A stretch of 58,171 nt of DNA, filler included, from Sphacelaria rigidula (Eukaryota): the NCBI GenBank assembly GCA_964200075.2. It is 5 parts of 5 records of this genome, joined end to end, with 100 filler letters (N's around TTAATTAATTAA, not from the genome) between each part and the next. Parts side by side here need not be neighbours in the genome. Positions count along the whole stretch, not along the records: positions 46,618 to 58,171 come from CAXNAA020004794.1; 4 more parts are not named here. One strand, 5' to 3'. Of the stretch, positions 47,691 to 58,171 are shown piece by piece. Both the position numbers and the translations under genes were made by a program. The first letter of the stretch is position 1, and every line of letters starts with the position of its first letter. The notes beneath the pieces were generated by a model. The model searched no databases. It had not been told where the DNA came from and worked only from the letters and a program-made list of their open reading frames with translations.

Positions 47691-49830
47691 TCAGCTGGAC
47701 GTGAGCTCCGACTGACCTATCGCATGATGTGTCGAGGCTACCAATCTCTTCGTCGGCGAAACGCTGCCCACGTAATCAGGGGGCTGCTGATGGCGGCCGG
47801 CAGAGCCATTCACGACAGCCTGGCACCGAAGCGAGCGGTACAGCGACCGTGGTGTGTCGCAATGAGTGTACCAGTATTCACACGCCTTCAAAGCAGGTAG
47901 AGCTCGGAAAACCGAAATTGCAGCAGCACTTGACGCCATCAATTGTTTGTGCGCTGCATCAATATGGCGAAAGCAAAGACTCCTTGGGATGTATTTCGAC
48001 AATGCGTTTAAATCACCTCCTTCTCGCCTACGAGTGGTACGACGTGTTGCCGACGCTTGTCACCTGTGTGTCGGCATGGTCAGACTCCAAGGCACCACCA
48101 TCGCCTCGATCGTCTCGCCCAGAATTCAAGCCGGCATCATTTGTCGCACTGTGAACCTCGACGTGAATGTTCTCTTCTCCCACCGGCGCACGTCTAGCAT
48201 CGTTACTGCTACCTTCGCCGGGAGGAATCCGAAGATTATCAGGGTGAGTTTTGCTCGGCTTATCATCACTAAGTGACACATGAGCCTCATCGTTTGGCGA
48301 TGACTCCCTTCCGTCCAGTTTTGTGTCCGCCGAGTGCCAGGCGACCCTTTCACCGCCTGAAACTTCTTCACGAGGTTGCTTCAAGTTATCCTCTCGGCGT
48401 TGGTCGTTCGATTTCGCTTCTCCAGAGCCCTCGAGAAGCGTGTGTTGGACTGGTTGGTCGGCGATATTTCGCTTTTGGTTATCATGTTCTGCGCTGCTTT
48501 TGCCTTGGCTGGAGCTGCCCACGACGCTACCGTTCACTCTCCTGCATGTGCCACAAGCGAATCCAAGGAGAATGCCGTCGAAGCTCTGTACTGCATTTTT
48601 TGCCGAGTTCGCGGGAGTGAAACATGACGATGTTTTGTGGTACAGACCTCTCCATGTGTTTACTCCAAAAACGAAACAACACAGCCCAGGTTGGTTGACT
48701 ATTGATGGCCGCCACCTCGCGTGAAGCCAACGGGCAACATAGTACGAAGAACTCGAATAACTGGCCGCCATTCTTGCGCAGGTTAGGTTCCCATCGAGCC
48801 GAAGATATCTTGCTACCTCCCAGAATACCTTGTGGATAATGACCAGGGCTGTATCTCTTGGGGATGAGCTTGTGTGCGACGATCAATAGCTAAATGCTGT
48901 GCACATTTCGATGAACGACGGGCCGACGTATCACCTGCGCTTTTCTGACTGAAAAGAGGAAGATGGTCCTTGCTGTGCCCATGCATGATCTTGTTCATTG
49001 TTCTTTTTTCCCCCTGGAATGCGTCGCTTGGAGTGCGCAGATCGCTGCTCCTGCTGTCTGCCGGGGAAGCTATCTCCACCAGTCTCCGCCGCCCCCCCTC
49101 GCTCTCTACTCGGGGAATGGGGCTTGACGCCAGGAAGAGATTGTTGCGCGACCTTTGCTGCCTTTGTCACCAAGGACGACGCTGGACCGTGCTCAGAGGC
49201 GGTTCTTTCCCTATCCGATTTGTGGGGTGAACAGGCAAACATGAAACGTTCAACAGGACAAAAGTGGGCGGGCACTGATTATCTGTGGCATTGCTCCCTT
49301 GCTTCCATTCCACCCGTGGGCAGCAGCTGGAGTAAAATACATCCGCCGAACATTATACAGTGCACGGGCGGCCACGCTCACCTCGCTGTACGCTTTCTAG
49401 GAGCTCCACGCCTTGCCCGAGACTGAGACAACGCTTCCCACCTCTCTTCTTTAGCTTGCTCTATCAAGGCTGCCCATGTCTGCAAAGTACCGCGAGAGTG
49501 TTCCAAGTTGATTGGCATTAGCAGTGAGAGCCGTGCGATACCGACAGGGGAGCCGAACTTGAGGGTGCCTCCCCGACACACAAGGCCGTTTGATGAACGC
49601 GCCAAACGTACGGAACATTGTTCGTACGATGCGCTCTCGTCCGAGTATTAGCGTTTCTTACCTCGTCCGTGGTACCGGTGATGCCGCCCCATCCACCACT
49701 ACTCCCAGCTGGGCGGAAAGCGGAAATCTTGTTGTTCTTGTTCGGGGAAAGGGGTGACAAGTGACTGCTGCTCTTTTTCCCGCCATTTATTCCTTCCTCC
49801 CGACTGCTCGAATTTCGCCCCTTCCTCTGC
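47691..49830 (-). CDS. Probable further minus-strand exons (continuation of the 55695 gene or a separate gene); structure unresolved
   Basis: Stacked minus-strand ORFs 49518-49937, 48931-49275, 48028-48771 and 47691-48002, several with similar S/R/G/E-rich composition; splice chain not established. Confidence 0.35.
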
Positions 49831-49999
49831 TGCTTCAACGGGGGCACAAAACGATCGGGTGATTTACAGAACGATTGCAACGTATACACGGGTATTTCTG
49901 AAATGATACGTCTATCTTCAATCACCATGAACCTCACCTAATGAAAACCGACAGTCACGGAAACTGCCCCTGCAACACGACCTGTCTTGATACCCATAG

Positions 50000-52900
50000 C
50001 TAGGACCATTTACGTGGAACGACTTCGCGCTGCAATGGATATCGTTCATTGTTTTGATATCGTCCACAATCTATTTCGCGTGGTGAGCGCGACACAACGC
50101 CTTCCCGTTGTGCACTTCTCAGCTGCTGATCAAAAGAGTGAGCTACACTTGAAGTTTCCTCATTGAACCTCCCATTGACCCGATTTCGTTCAGTTCGTAC
50201 CTCAGTGCGTGACCGAAGGCCTGTCGTACAGTGATGATCGTCACTGCCTCCTGCTTTCCCACCTCGCTCCACATTGCTGGGTGCACCTTTTCCAGTCCCT
50301 TCTCGACTTTTGCCCGCTCCCGCCGCCTGCTCTCCGTCTTCGTCCTCTGGCAGTGTCACCATACAGCCTCCGCTCCCGCGGCCCTCAACCTCTCGAACAC
50401 TACTGTCTCCTGCTTTGCCCTCTTGCTTCATACTGCTGGATGTATTATTTCCGGTCCGTTTTCGATTCTTGCCCACCCCCGCCGCCCAACCTCTGTCTGT
50501 GTCCTCGGACAGTGCCGCTATACAACCTCCGCTCCCGCGGCTCTCAACCTCTCGAACATTGCTGTCTCCAGCCTTCCCATCTCGCTCCACACTACTGGAT
50601 TCATTATGTCTGGTTTCTTCCCGGTTCTTACCCACCCTTGCGGCCCGCTCTCTGCCTGTGTCCTCGGACAGTGCCGCTATACCATGTCCGCTCCCGCGGC
50701 TCTCAACCTCTCGAACATTACTGTCTCCAGCCTTCCCATCTCGCTCCACACTGCTGGATGCATTATTTCCGGTGTCTTCCCGGTTCTTACCCACCCTCGC
50801 CGCCCGCTCTCTGTCTGCGTCCTCGGGCAGTTCCGCCATACAACTTCTGCTCTCGCCGCTCTCAACCTTTCGACCACAACTGTCTCCTGCCTTCCCAATT
50901 TGGTCCAAACTGCTGGGTGTGCCATTTCCGGACCCTTCTCGATTTTTGCCCACCCCCGCCACTCGTTTTCCGACTTCGTCTTGGGCCTGTTTCGCCATAC
51001 AACCTTTGCTGCCGCTGCTCTCAACCTCTCGACCACTACTATGTCCCGCCTTCCCATCTCGCTTCACACTGTTGGGTGCACCGCTTCCGGTCCATTCTCG
51101 GTGCTTGTCCGCACCCGCCGCCTGCCCTCTGTCTTCGTTCTCGATCTGTTTCGTCTTCCGATCTCTGGGCCCGCTGCTCTTGAGCTCTCGATCGTCATTG
51201 TTCCCTGCTTTCCCATCTCGCTTTACACTGTTGGATGTACTATTTACGGCCCCTTCTTGACTTCTGCGCATTCCCTCCGCTCGCTCTCTGTCTTCGTTCC
51301 CGCTCGGTGTCTCCATACCATACTTGCTCCCATTGCTCTCGACCCCCCGACCACCACTATCTCCCGCTTTCTTAGCTCGGTTCACACCGCTGGGTGTGCC
51401 ATTTCCGGCCCCTTCTCGACTTTTCCCCAACCTCGTCGCCCGCTCTTTGTCTGCGTCTTCAATCTGGTTTGCAACACGAGTTCTTCTCTCACCGCTCTCA
51501 GCCTCACGACCACGACTATCTGCTGTTCTTTCACCAGGTCGGTTCACACTTTTGGGTGTGCCATTCCCGGTCCCTTCTCGACGTTTACCGACCCCCGCCG
51601 ACAGCCCCCTATCTTCGTCCTTGGTCAGTTTCGCCATACAATCGCCGCTCCCGCCGGTTCCAATCTCTCGACCACAAACATCTGCTGCTTCCTCATGTCG
51701 CTTCACAGCGCCAGGTGTACCGTTTTCACCCCCATCTCGCCGTGTGCAAACCTCCACCTCGCGCTCTCTGTATTCCTCATCGGTGAGTTTGGACATACAG
51801 TCTTCGCTCACATCACTGTTGACCCCACGACCACAGCTACCTCCTACGTTCGATGTTCGGCTTACAGTGCCAGGTGTGTCATTTCTCACCCCTGTTCGAC
51901 CTGCGTCCGAGCCCGTTGCTCGCTCTCCATCCTCCTTCTCGGTCAGTTCCGTCATTCGATCTCTGTTCACTCCACTCTCAACCGAGCTGAAGGCGTCGGC
52001 GCCGACGTGCTCTGACGCCACCATGAGTGCACCGGAAGGTATATGTCTAATCATGGTTGTTTTCCCTCGTTCCCTCTGTTTTCGGGCAGGTTCTACTTCC
52101 TGCGACTCAGCGACGGCTCTACCCCCGCCACTGAGATCGTCAGAGCTTTCTCGATCGTAACTACCCTCAATACGTGTCAATTCAACATCAATACTACCTC
52201 CACCACCTGCACCACCCCTACCGCTACCTTCACTACCACTACCTTCACTACCACTGCCAATGCTGCCACCATCACCAGCATGTGTACTACCTGCGACCCT
52301 AGGCAGCATTGAAGAAGATGCCGAAACAGGGGCCAGGTCGACCGAACCCACCAATGCCCCTTCCCGCTGGGTTTCTCTAGCCCCGCTGCTACCGTCTCCA
52401 TGGTGTCGTCGGTGAGCGCCGCGAGGTCCAGTCGCCCCGCTGCCGAAGTCCAAGTCCGCGTACTTGCCCTCCGCTCTGTGACTGTCAGACGCCGTTCGTA
52501 AAGTAGTGTCTGCTTCATCGTTTATATCGCCGCTGATCGCGGCACCCCCCATGGCTCGGGGTGTGATCACACCGCTGACCGTTCCGCTGACATCGACAGG
52601 GCGAGGAAGTGATATGGAAACTTCCCCTCCATTTGTTGGTGCGGCGATCTTGTTGCTGTCGCTCGATTTTGTCTTGTATCCCGTGGCATCCGCCAAGAGT
52701 GGGGTTGACTCGCCCTCCCAAACCATGTCATTGTCCCCAAGCGCTTCTTCCACCGGCGGGCCACGCCCGTCACTCACGCCCTCTCTTGTGTCATGCCAAG
52801 GCATCTCAGTTCTTTTCCCGCGAGAATGCGGTGTTCTTGTCACAGTATGGACACTTTCCCGGCTTGTCAGGTCCACTTGCGAGGTCTCGGGCGCTGCATC

Positions 52901-55695
52901 CGTCGGAATCATCCCGCTACCACCGCGAAGCCGAGTCGGCCTTGGTTTTTGGTTTCTCTTCTCTTCATCGGAGTTCTGGGCATTTCCTTCAGCTATACCA
53001 ACGTCTTCTCCGTATCTGTTACCACCACCTTCACCACGGATCATCTCTTGTCGATCTAATTGGGGGGACGAGTGGACCCCGTCGCCCGCGTGGAGGTCGG
53101 GTGCTGACGCTTCACTGCTGTGGCGATGTCGTCTATCCGACACATGCCGATCAGGCATCGGTCTGTTCTCCAATATTGTAGCACGATGGGCAGGCTCCGT
53201 CGCCGATTTTCGGGGAATTGTTTCCGGGTCTTTACTTTCGGATTCAACGTTGTACCGACTACCATCTGTATCCCGGGTTGTATACGCGTCACCATCGCCT
53301 GACTGCGGGTCGTCCCTCAAAGATTCAGAGCGTTCCGTTGTGATGATCAAGCGCTCAGATTCGTCGGAATCTTCGCCGCTGAGATGATAAGGCGCTTCCA
53401 TCACCTGGGAAGTTTCGAATGCATCCATTGTGTTACCATCCCCATCCACGCTTCCGTATATCCCCTCGTTACCTACTAGATCTGCCTCTGTCAACGACCC
53501 GGTGCGCAATTGCTTGAGCGCTTGAAGGCGTTGTCGTAGGGCCCTCAATCGGTCAACGTGTTTTTCCTTGAGCTGAGGAGACAGATTGTTTGTCGTCATA
53601 CCCCCTCCGTTTGCTGCAATGACAGCGTTGATGGCGTCAATGTCCAGCGGGAGAAACATGTTCCGCCTGCTGTCCCTATCCCAATCAATGTTCAGGTTTC
53701 CAGGAGAACGCCGCGTTTGAGTTAGTTAGGGCTACACGGGTAAAGAGCTATCATACCTGAGAGATATATAACATATGATTTTATTATGGCTAAATCCCCC
53801 CGAGGCACTTGATTTTCTTCAGAGGTTTTGCGTATCTACACGATGATGCCTCGACCTATCAAGATTTGAAACGCGCTTCGCGAGGTTGTGTGCTCCCGCA
53901 TGGTGCTACCTGATAGGGTTTTCGGCCACCACCAAACGGTGTAGATACCGAAATGAACTTATTCGGCAAAGCCGATGCGCCATGGGCCTCTCACCCTTCA
54001 CCGATATCGGGTAATGCAGCACGAACCCGCGAAGCATGTTTGAAGATATCCTCGTCGACGATGCACTCGATATCTTGGTCCGACTTGAAGCTCGGGGGTA
54101 CGACGTTGGTGTCGGTGATAGTCTCGAGCAGCAGCCACAGGAAAGCCGTGTACTGCGGTGCCGTATTGGTCGTTTGTCGTGCCAGTGTCGACAAAGCATA
54201 GTGTTCGAGGTAGGCAGGGTCAGCCATGGGTTCGGGGAGGAAGTGAACCTATTCAGCGTTGCGGACAGGTATTTCTGCCTCAAGGCGCAGCCCAGGCTAC
54301 TTGCGTGCTCATCAGCTCCAAACGCAATGCCTTCAACGGGAAAGCCGCGTAGCGCCACATAGCCCTCAGTTCTCGTTTTATACCCACACCGCGATACGCA
54401 TTGATTTCTCATATACATCCCCCCACCTTCCTTTACCGAGCCCCACGCCGCGTATCAGGTTTCAAAGCCAAACTGAACAAGCAATATGGCACTGTACCCC
54501 TAACTGCCATTGATTGATTGTTGTGATTGATTGATTGATTGCCGAACGTTAACTCATCCCCTAGGATTCATGATCCAGCCATGATCATTATCCACGGGAT
54601 AAACGTACCCCAGGTGAACGAAGGGGAAACACTCGCTCAAGGAAACTCGACGAAAGGAGAAGACAAAAGAAAGAAGCATGTGTACGTAAAAATATTGGAC
54701 TCCGCTAATGATACCTCCTCCTCATCGATGTTCTCGGTCCATATATCAGCGAGCTCAAACATGCTTGAAAAAAACGCCTCCTTCGGCATCTTGCCCCCCC
54801 ACCTCCTGGTATCCCTGAGCCAATCTACTTCCGCCGAACGGCAAGTCTCTTCATCAGTAGTGTCTGGAATCTTATAGAGGACGACGTGTTGGAACAGGAG
54901 CGGGCACAGAGAGAAGTCTGTCAGAGCGGGGAAACACGAACACGAAGTGTACAAAGGCAGATTTTCTTCGCTATCCTCTCAGCCGACAACACACTCCACG
55001 GTACGGGCGCAGTACATTGGAACGCTCACCAAAGCCAGGTGCAGCTTGCGGTTAAGCTGAACATAAGATTCCTTCTTCATTTCCCCAGCACCGTCCGGGT
55101 TAAGCCCGGGGAAGCACCAGTACTCGTTACTTATTTCCTGTGTTTTCATGGTGAGAGCGATATGAGCAAGAGAATAACAAAAGGCGTGCGGAGTAAAGAA
55201 ATGTTGCGACATTACCACGGAGGGTGTAACTTACAGTGTTGCGTTTAGGCAGGATGGAGGGTTGGTGTTAATCCAACACCGATCGGTTCCAGACGGTAGC
55301 GCACAGAACCAACCAAGACTAATGCTCTACGCTTCCACAATACTCGCATAGGCCGCACTCATGGCAGGCGCAATTGCAGGGAAGAAAGATTGCGTTGCCC
55401 CAGCCATCCCCTTCCCACCCCCTGTGACAATATTTCAAGTGAGAGTTTTTGTTCACGTGACCTGTATCAACGGCTTTTTCCTCAAAGCATGCCGTAGCCT
55501 GATGCATTGCGGGGTGTTGACGGCGGGGTTTCCCTGGCGCTTGTACGGTACGGGATCATCCCCAGGTCTCACAACAGTCACCACACCTTCGCGCTGGAGG
55601 TTCCACATCACCTCCCGCTGTGCACGAGTAAGCTCTCTGCGTTCTTCCACCGTCATCCCTGCGTCTACTGACCGCCGACTGGTATTCGCTGGCAT
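50000..55695 (-). CDS. Hypothetical protein with an N-terminal EF-hand-like helical domain and a long disordered repeat region; exons 55695-55462, 55137-55030, 54870-54715, 54152-53995, 53666-~50000
   Basis: Frame-preserving GT-AG junctions give ...NPDGAGEMKKESYVQLNRKLHLALIPD...EVDWLRD...FFSSMFELADIWTENIDEEEYTAFLWLLLETI..., then the 1219-aa ORF. The first in-frame stop is at 50002-50000 unless spliced earlier. Confidence 0.78.
50240..51990 (-). repeat. Coding tandem repeat, 159-bp unit (53 aa), about 11 copies
   Basis: CTCAACC recurs at 50384, 50543, 50702, 50861, 51020 (period 159). Unit example GKAGDSNVREVESRGSGHGIAALSEDTGRERAARVGKNREETRHNESSSVERD. Confidence 0.95.
54508..54677 (-). mobile_element. 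Same retroelement-like 3' end with (AATC)n tail
   Basis: (GATT)n at 54510-54540, then GATCCAGCCATGATCATTATCCACGGGATAAACGTACCCCAGGTGAA. Confidence 0.55.
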
Positions 55696-56436
55696 GGTGG
55701 AACTTCAATTTTTTTCATAAAAAAAACGCGAATTCGGGCGATAGGGATTACGTGTTGATGGCAACATATTCAAGTGGTGGCCACACGTAGGAAAACCGGA
55801 CCGATTTCAAAACCAAGAGGAGGGTGAGAGGGGAGATAGTGAACCCTTTGTTCGTGCCCTTTACATTGGGTGACCCGGAACTCGCCCTCGTTCAACGCGT
55901 AGCACCAGCTCGACGGCTTTATTGTTCAAGACGCATTATAGAAGGTGTATGGCGTTCATAAAAATCCAGGTGAGGAACAGACACTCGTGTTACGTTTTAA
56001 TGCATAATAATGCCTCCAAAAAAAGTGCCCAGAATCCTGCCAGCATACACGCAATGAAGAGAACAAGGACCAGCATCCGATATAGCTCGATACTGAGTAA
56101 AAATGCAACTAGAGTGCATGGGCCTAGGGTACAACGGCCTCCGCGCCTCAGCACCTCCCCCTGTACATAATATCTCTGTGGCTACCGGGTGGGCAAGCTC
56201 CAGCCGGAATAATGTGTCATGGCTTTCAGGTGGATGACGGCCCCGTGGGGAACCTCGAGGGTTGCTAGAGAGGGGTGCGATACTGCATGAGAATGCGCAA
56301 TATATGTTCTGTATGCGACAGTTCGTAAAGTGGGGTGCAGGCCGACTGAAGATGAATGGATACCACCACAAAGTACGCCAAAAGACCCAAACCTTCTTGA
56401 AATAGGGAAAACGACGTAGTAAGAATCGTCACTCAC

Positions 56437-56777
56437 AATTGGCTCTAGAACAAATAGGTGAGTCTCGTGAAGCAGCCGCTCATTGGTAGATTGCTGTTCT
56501 ACGCGCTGCCTACGCTTCGGTCCTGAACATGCGCACTGCAATATGCTTGGGATAGAGAGAGGAGCTTGCGTGCATTCCACAACGAGTGACGATCGACCAG
56601 TAAGGACCAAGAAATGCGCTACTGTTGTGAGAGTGCGTACTCTCACCGATGGCTACTGCGCCGAAGATTCTTCGCCATCACAGTCGCGTACTTGACATGC
56701 CGGGGCTCTGGTACCTGCACTGCTTCTAGCGCATCGTCCTCCTGAGTCAATTCTATCTCCACCAGCTCTTGCTCGAG
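56437..56777 (-). CDS. Two tentative phase-0 internal exons of an unidentified gene (56777-56715 LEQELVEIELTQEDDALEAVQ; 56493-56437 QSTNERLLHETHLFVLEPI)
   Basis: Both are AG/GT bounded, multiples of 3 and protein-like; no homology recognised. Confidence 0.35.
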
Positions 56778-58171
56778 CTTTGCGAAAGAGCAAGCGCGGT
56801 AATGTAGACGTCCCGAAATGCACTCGTCAAGTAGCGTTAGCTCAGTCGTCTGTACGCATAATACGAGCCCCTTTTCAGAGTAGCCTCCATATGCCACAGT
56901 TGCATTGTGGCTTGGTTGAAACTAATTTATTTTCGAGAGTCAATCATAACGAAAGTATACAAACGATCCTGGAGATACAAACATCTAGTGAACATTAAAA
57001 ACACAAAATGCCACGACACAACGATGATGGGGAGCCAAAAGGCGGCTCGTGCCCGCCTGGGCACCCGCATAATGGATTCTAACCTCAAAACCTTACAAGC
57101 GAAATTTCACGGGTCGGACAAATCATCGCCGGTTCGAATCACCATATCCACGATTTTTCAGGCCTGATTGCTCGAAAGATAGAAAAAAGTCGACCGATGG
57201 TCAAAAAGGTTCCCACGCAACTTTTGCGTCATTCCGCGTGCCTGGGCTGCGCGTACCTGGATTGCAACGCTGAAAAGAAAGCCCAAGGATTGATTTGTAC
57301 GGTACGAATCAACGACACTAAAATCAAGTAATTTCCAGACGAATCATTTACTCGTCCAACCCGTGCAAAATTTGAAGGGTAGTCACTTGTAGCAGCCACG
57401 GTTTGATGAGGGTCGTCTCTAGCAGTCAATTCTTCCTATGCACAAATTACAATCCGTATGCATAATTACAGCAGGTTGACTCACATCCATTTTCTATACT
57501 ACCGTGGACGAGATAGGTATCGATGTGCAAAGCACACCGCGCTCGGCACATCTCACCCACTAGCGCGACGACCGTGAAATGCCCTACATGGATGTAATGC
57601 AAGTATCGATCTCAAGCCCTGAAGCATTGTGATTGTGTTCGGGCGGATGTTTGCGTCGCCTGAACAATCTGGGAACCCACCGAACATTTCCAACAGTTTT
57701 GGGCAGTGCGACTGCGGGTACCGAAACGCACCACCAAACACGAATACGACGCTTTTGAGGGGACGTACTGCCAGCGCGGCACTCCTTCGACAGGTAAAAG
57801 GCACGGTGGTGGAGCTCTTGCTGTGGTGGTTGACGTGGGCTGGACACAGTGCATTTGATGTACTGAAGCACTACCTGAACATTATCCATGCATACAAACT
57901 CACCCCGCAACGGGAAACACGCATTTGAACCGCGGGATTGTTGGCACAGTGCTCACAAAATAGCCGTAGGGCATGCCACAGCTCGATATTAGTGGGATCT
58001 CCGTGACCGGCACCTGTGGGGGGTGCGGCCATGCTCTGTCTTCTAAGTTGCACGGCCTCCTGATTTTTACCGGGCCCCACATGGCATTATTGTGAAGAGA
58101 GTCATCCTACGATAGGGGGGGGGTATTTCGTTGCACGAAAAAAGAGGCTCATAAGTGTGTCAGACATCATT

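Noticed and set aside
50240-51990. CRISPR-like array
   Set aside because: Contiguous in-frame 159-bp units with no unique spacers and no cas genes.
50209-52160. Long plus-strand ORFs (594, 328, 324, 278 aa) as antisense genes
   Set aside because: Shadows of the purine-rich minus-strand coding repeat; a stop-free unit stays stop-free when amplified. The minus frame is the one spliced to upstream exons.

Overview
Intron-rich eukaryotic nuclear DNA. The GT-AG gene structure, bipartite plastid-type leaders and repeat families point to a brown alga or close stramenopile relative (inference). The window is not one locus: four 100-bp N-TTAATTAATTAA-N linkers, exactly 11,654 bp apart, join five contigs of 11,554-11,555 bp, as in a size-sorted concatenation, so nothing can be inferred across linkers. 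Contig 1: a divergent gene pair (a 2-exon putative plastid membrane protein, and a SelW/Rdx-fold protein lacking its redox motif), plus a 1.7-kb almost fully palindromic insertion with a candidate 4-bp target duplication in the first gene's intron. Contig 2: an ABC1/UbiB (ADCK2-like) kinase converging on the 3' half of DNA polymerase delta. Contig 3: a large, mostly disordered hypothetical protein. Contig 4: a protein with tandem PhoD-like domains whose metal ligands are substituted. Contig 5: an EF-hand-like protein with a 3.6-kb exon carrying about 11 53-aa repeats. Introns hold MITE-, SINE- and LINE-tail-like repeats. Exons were spliced and families assigned by eye; no searches were run.
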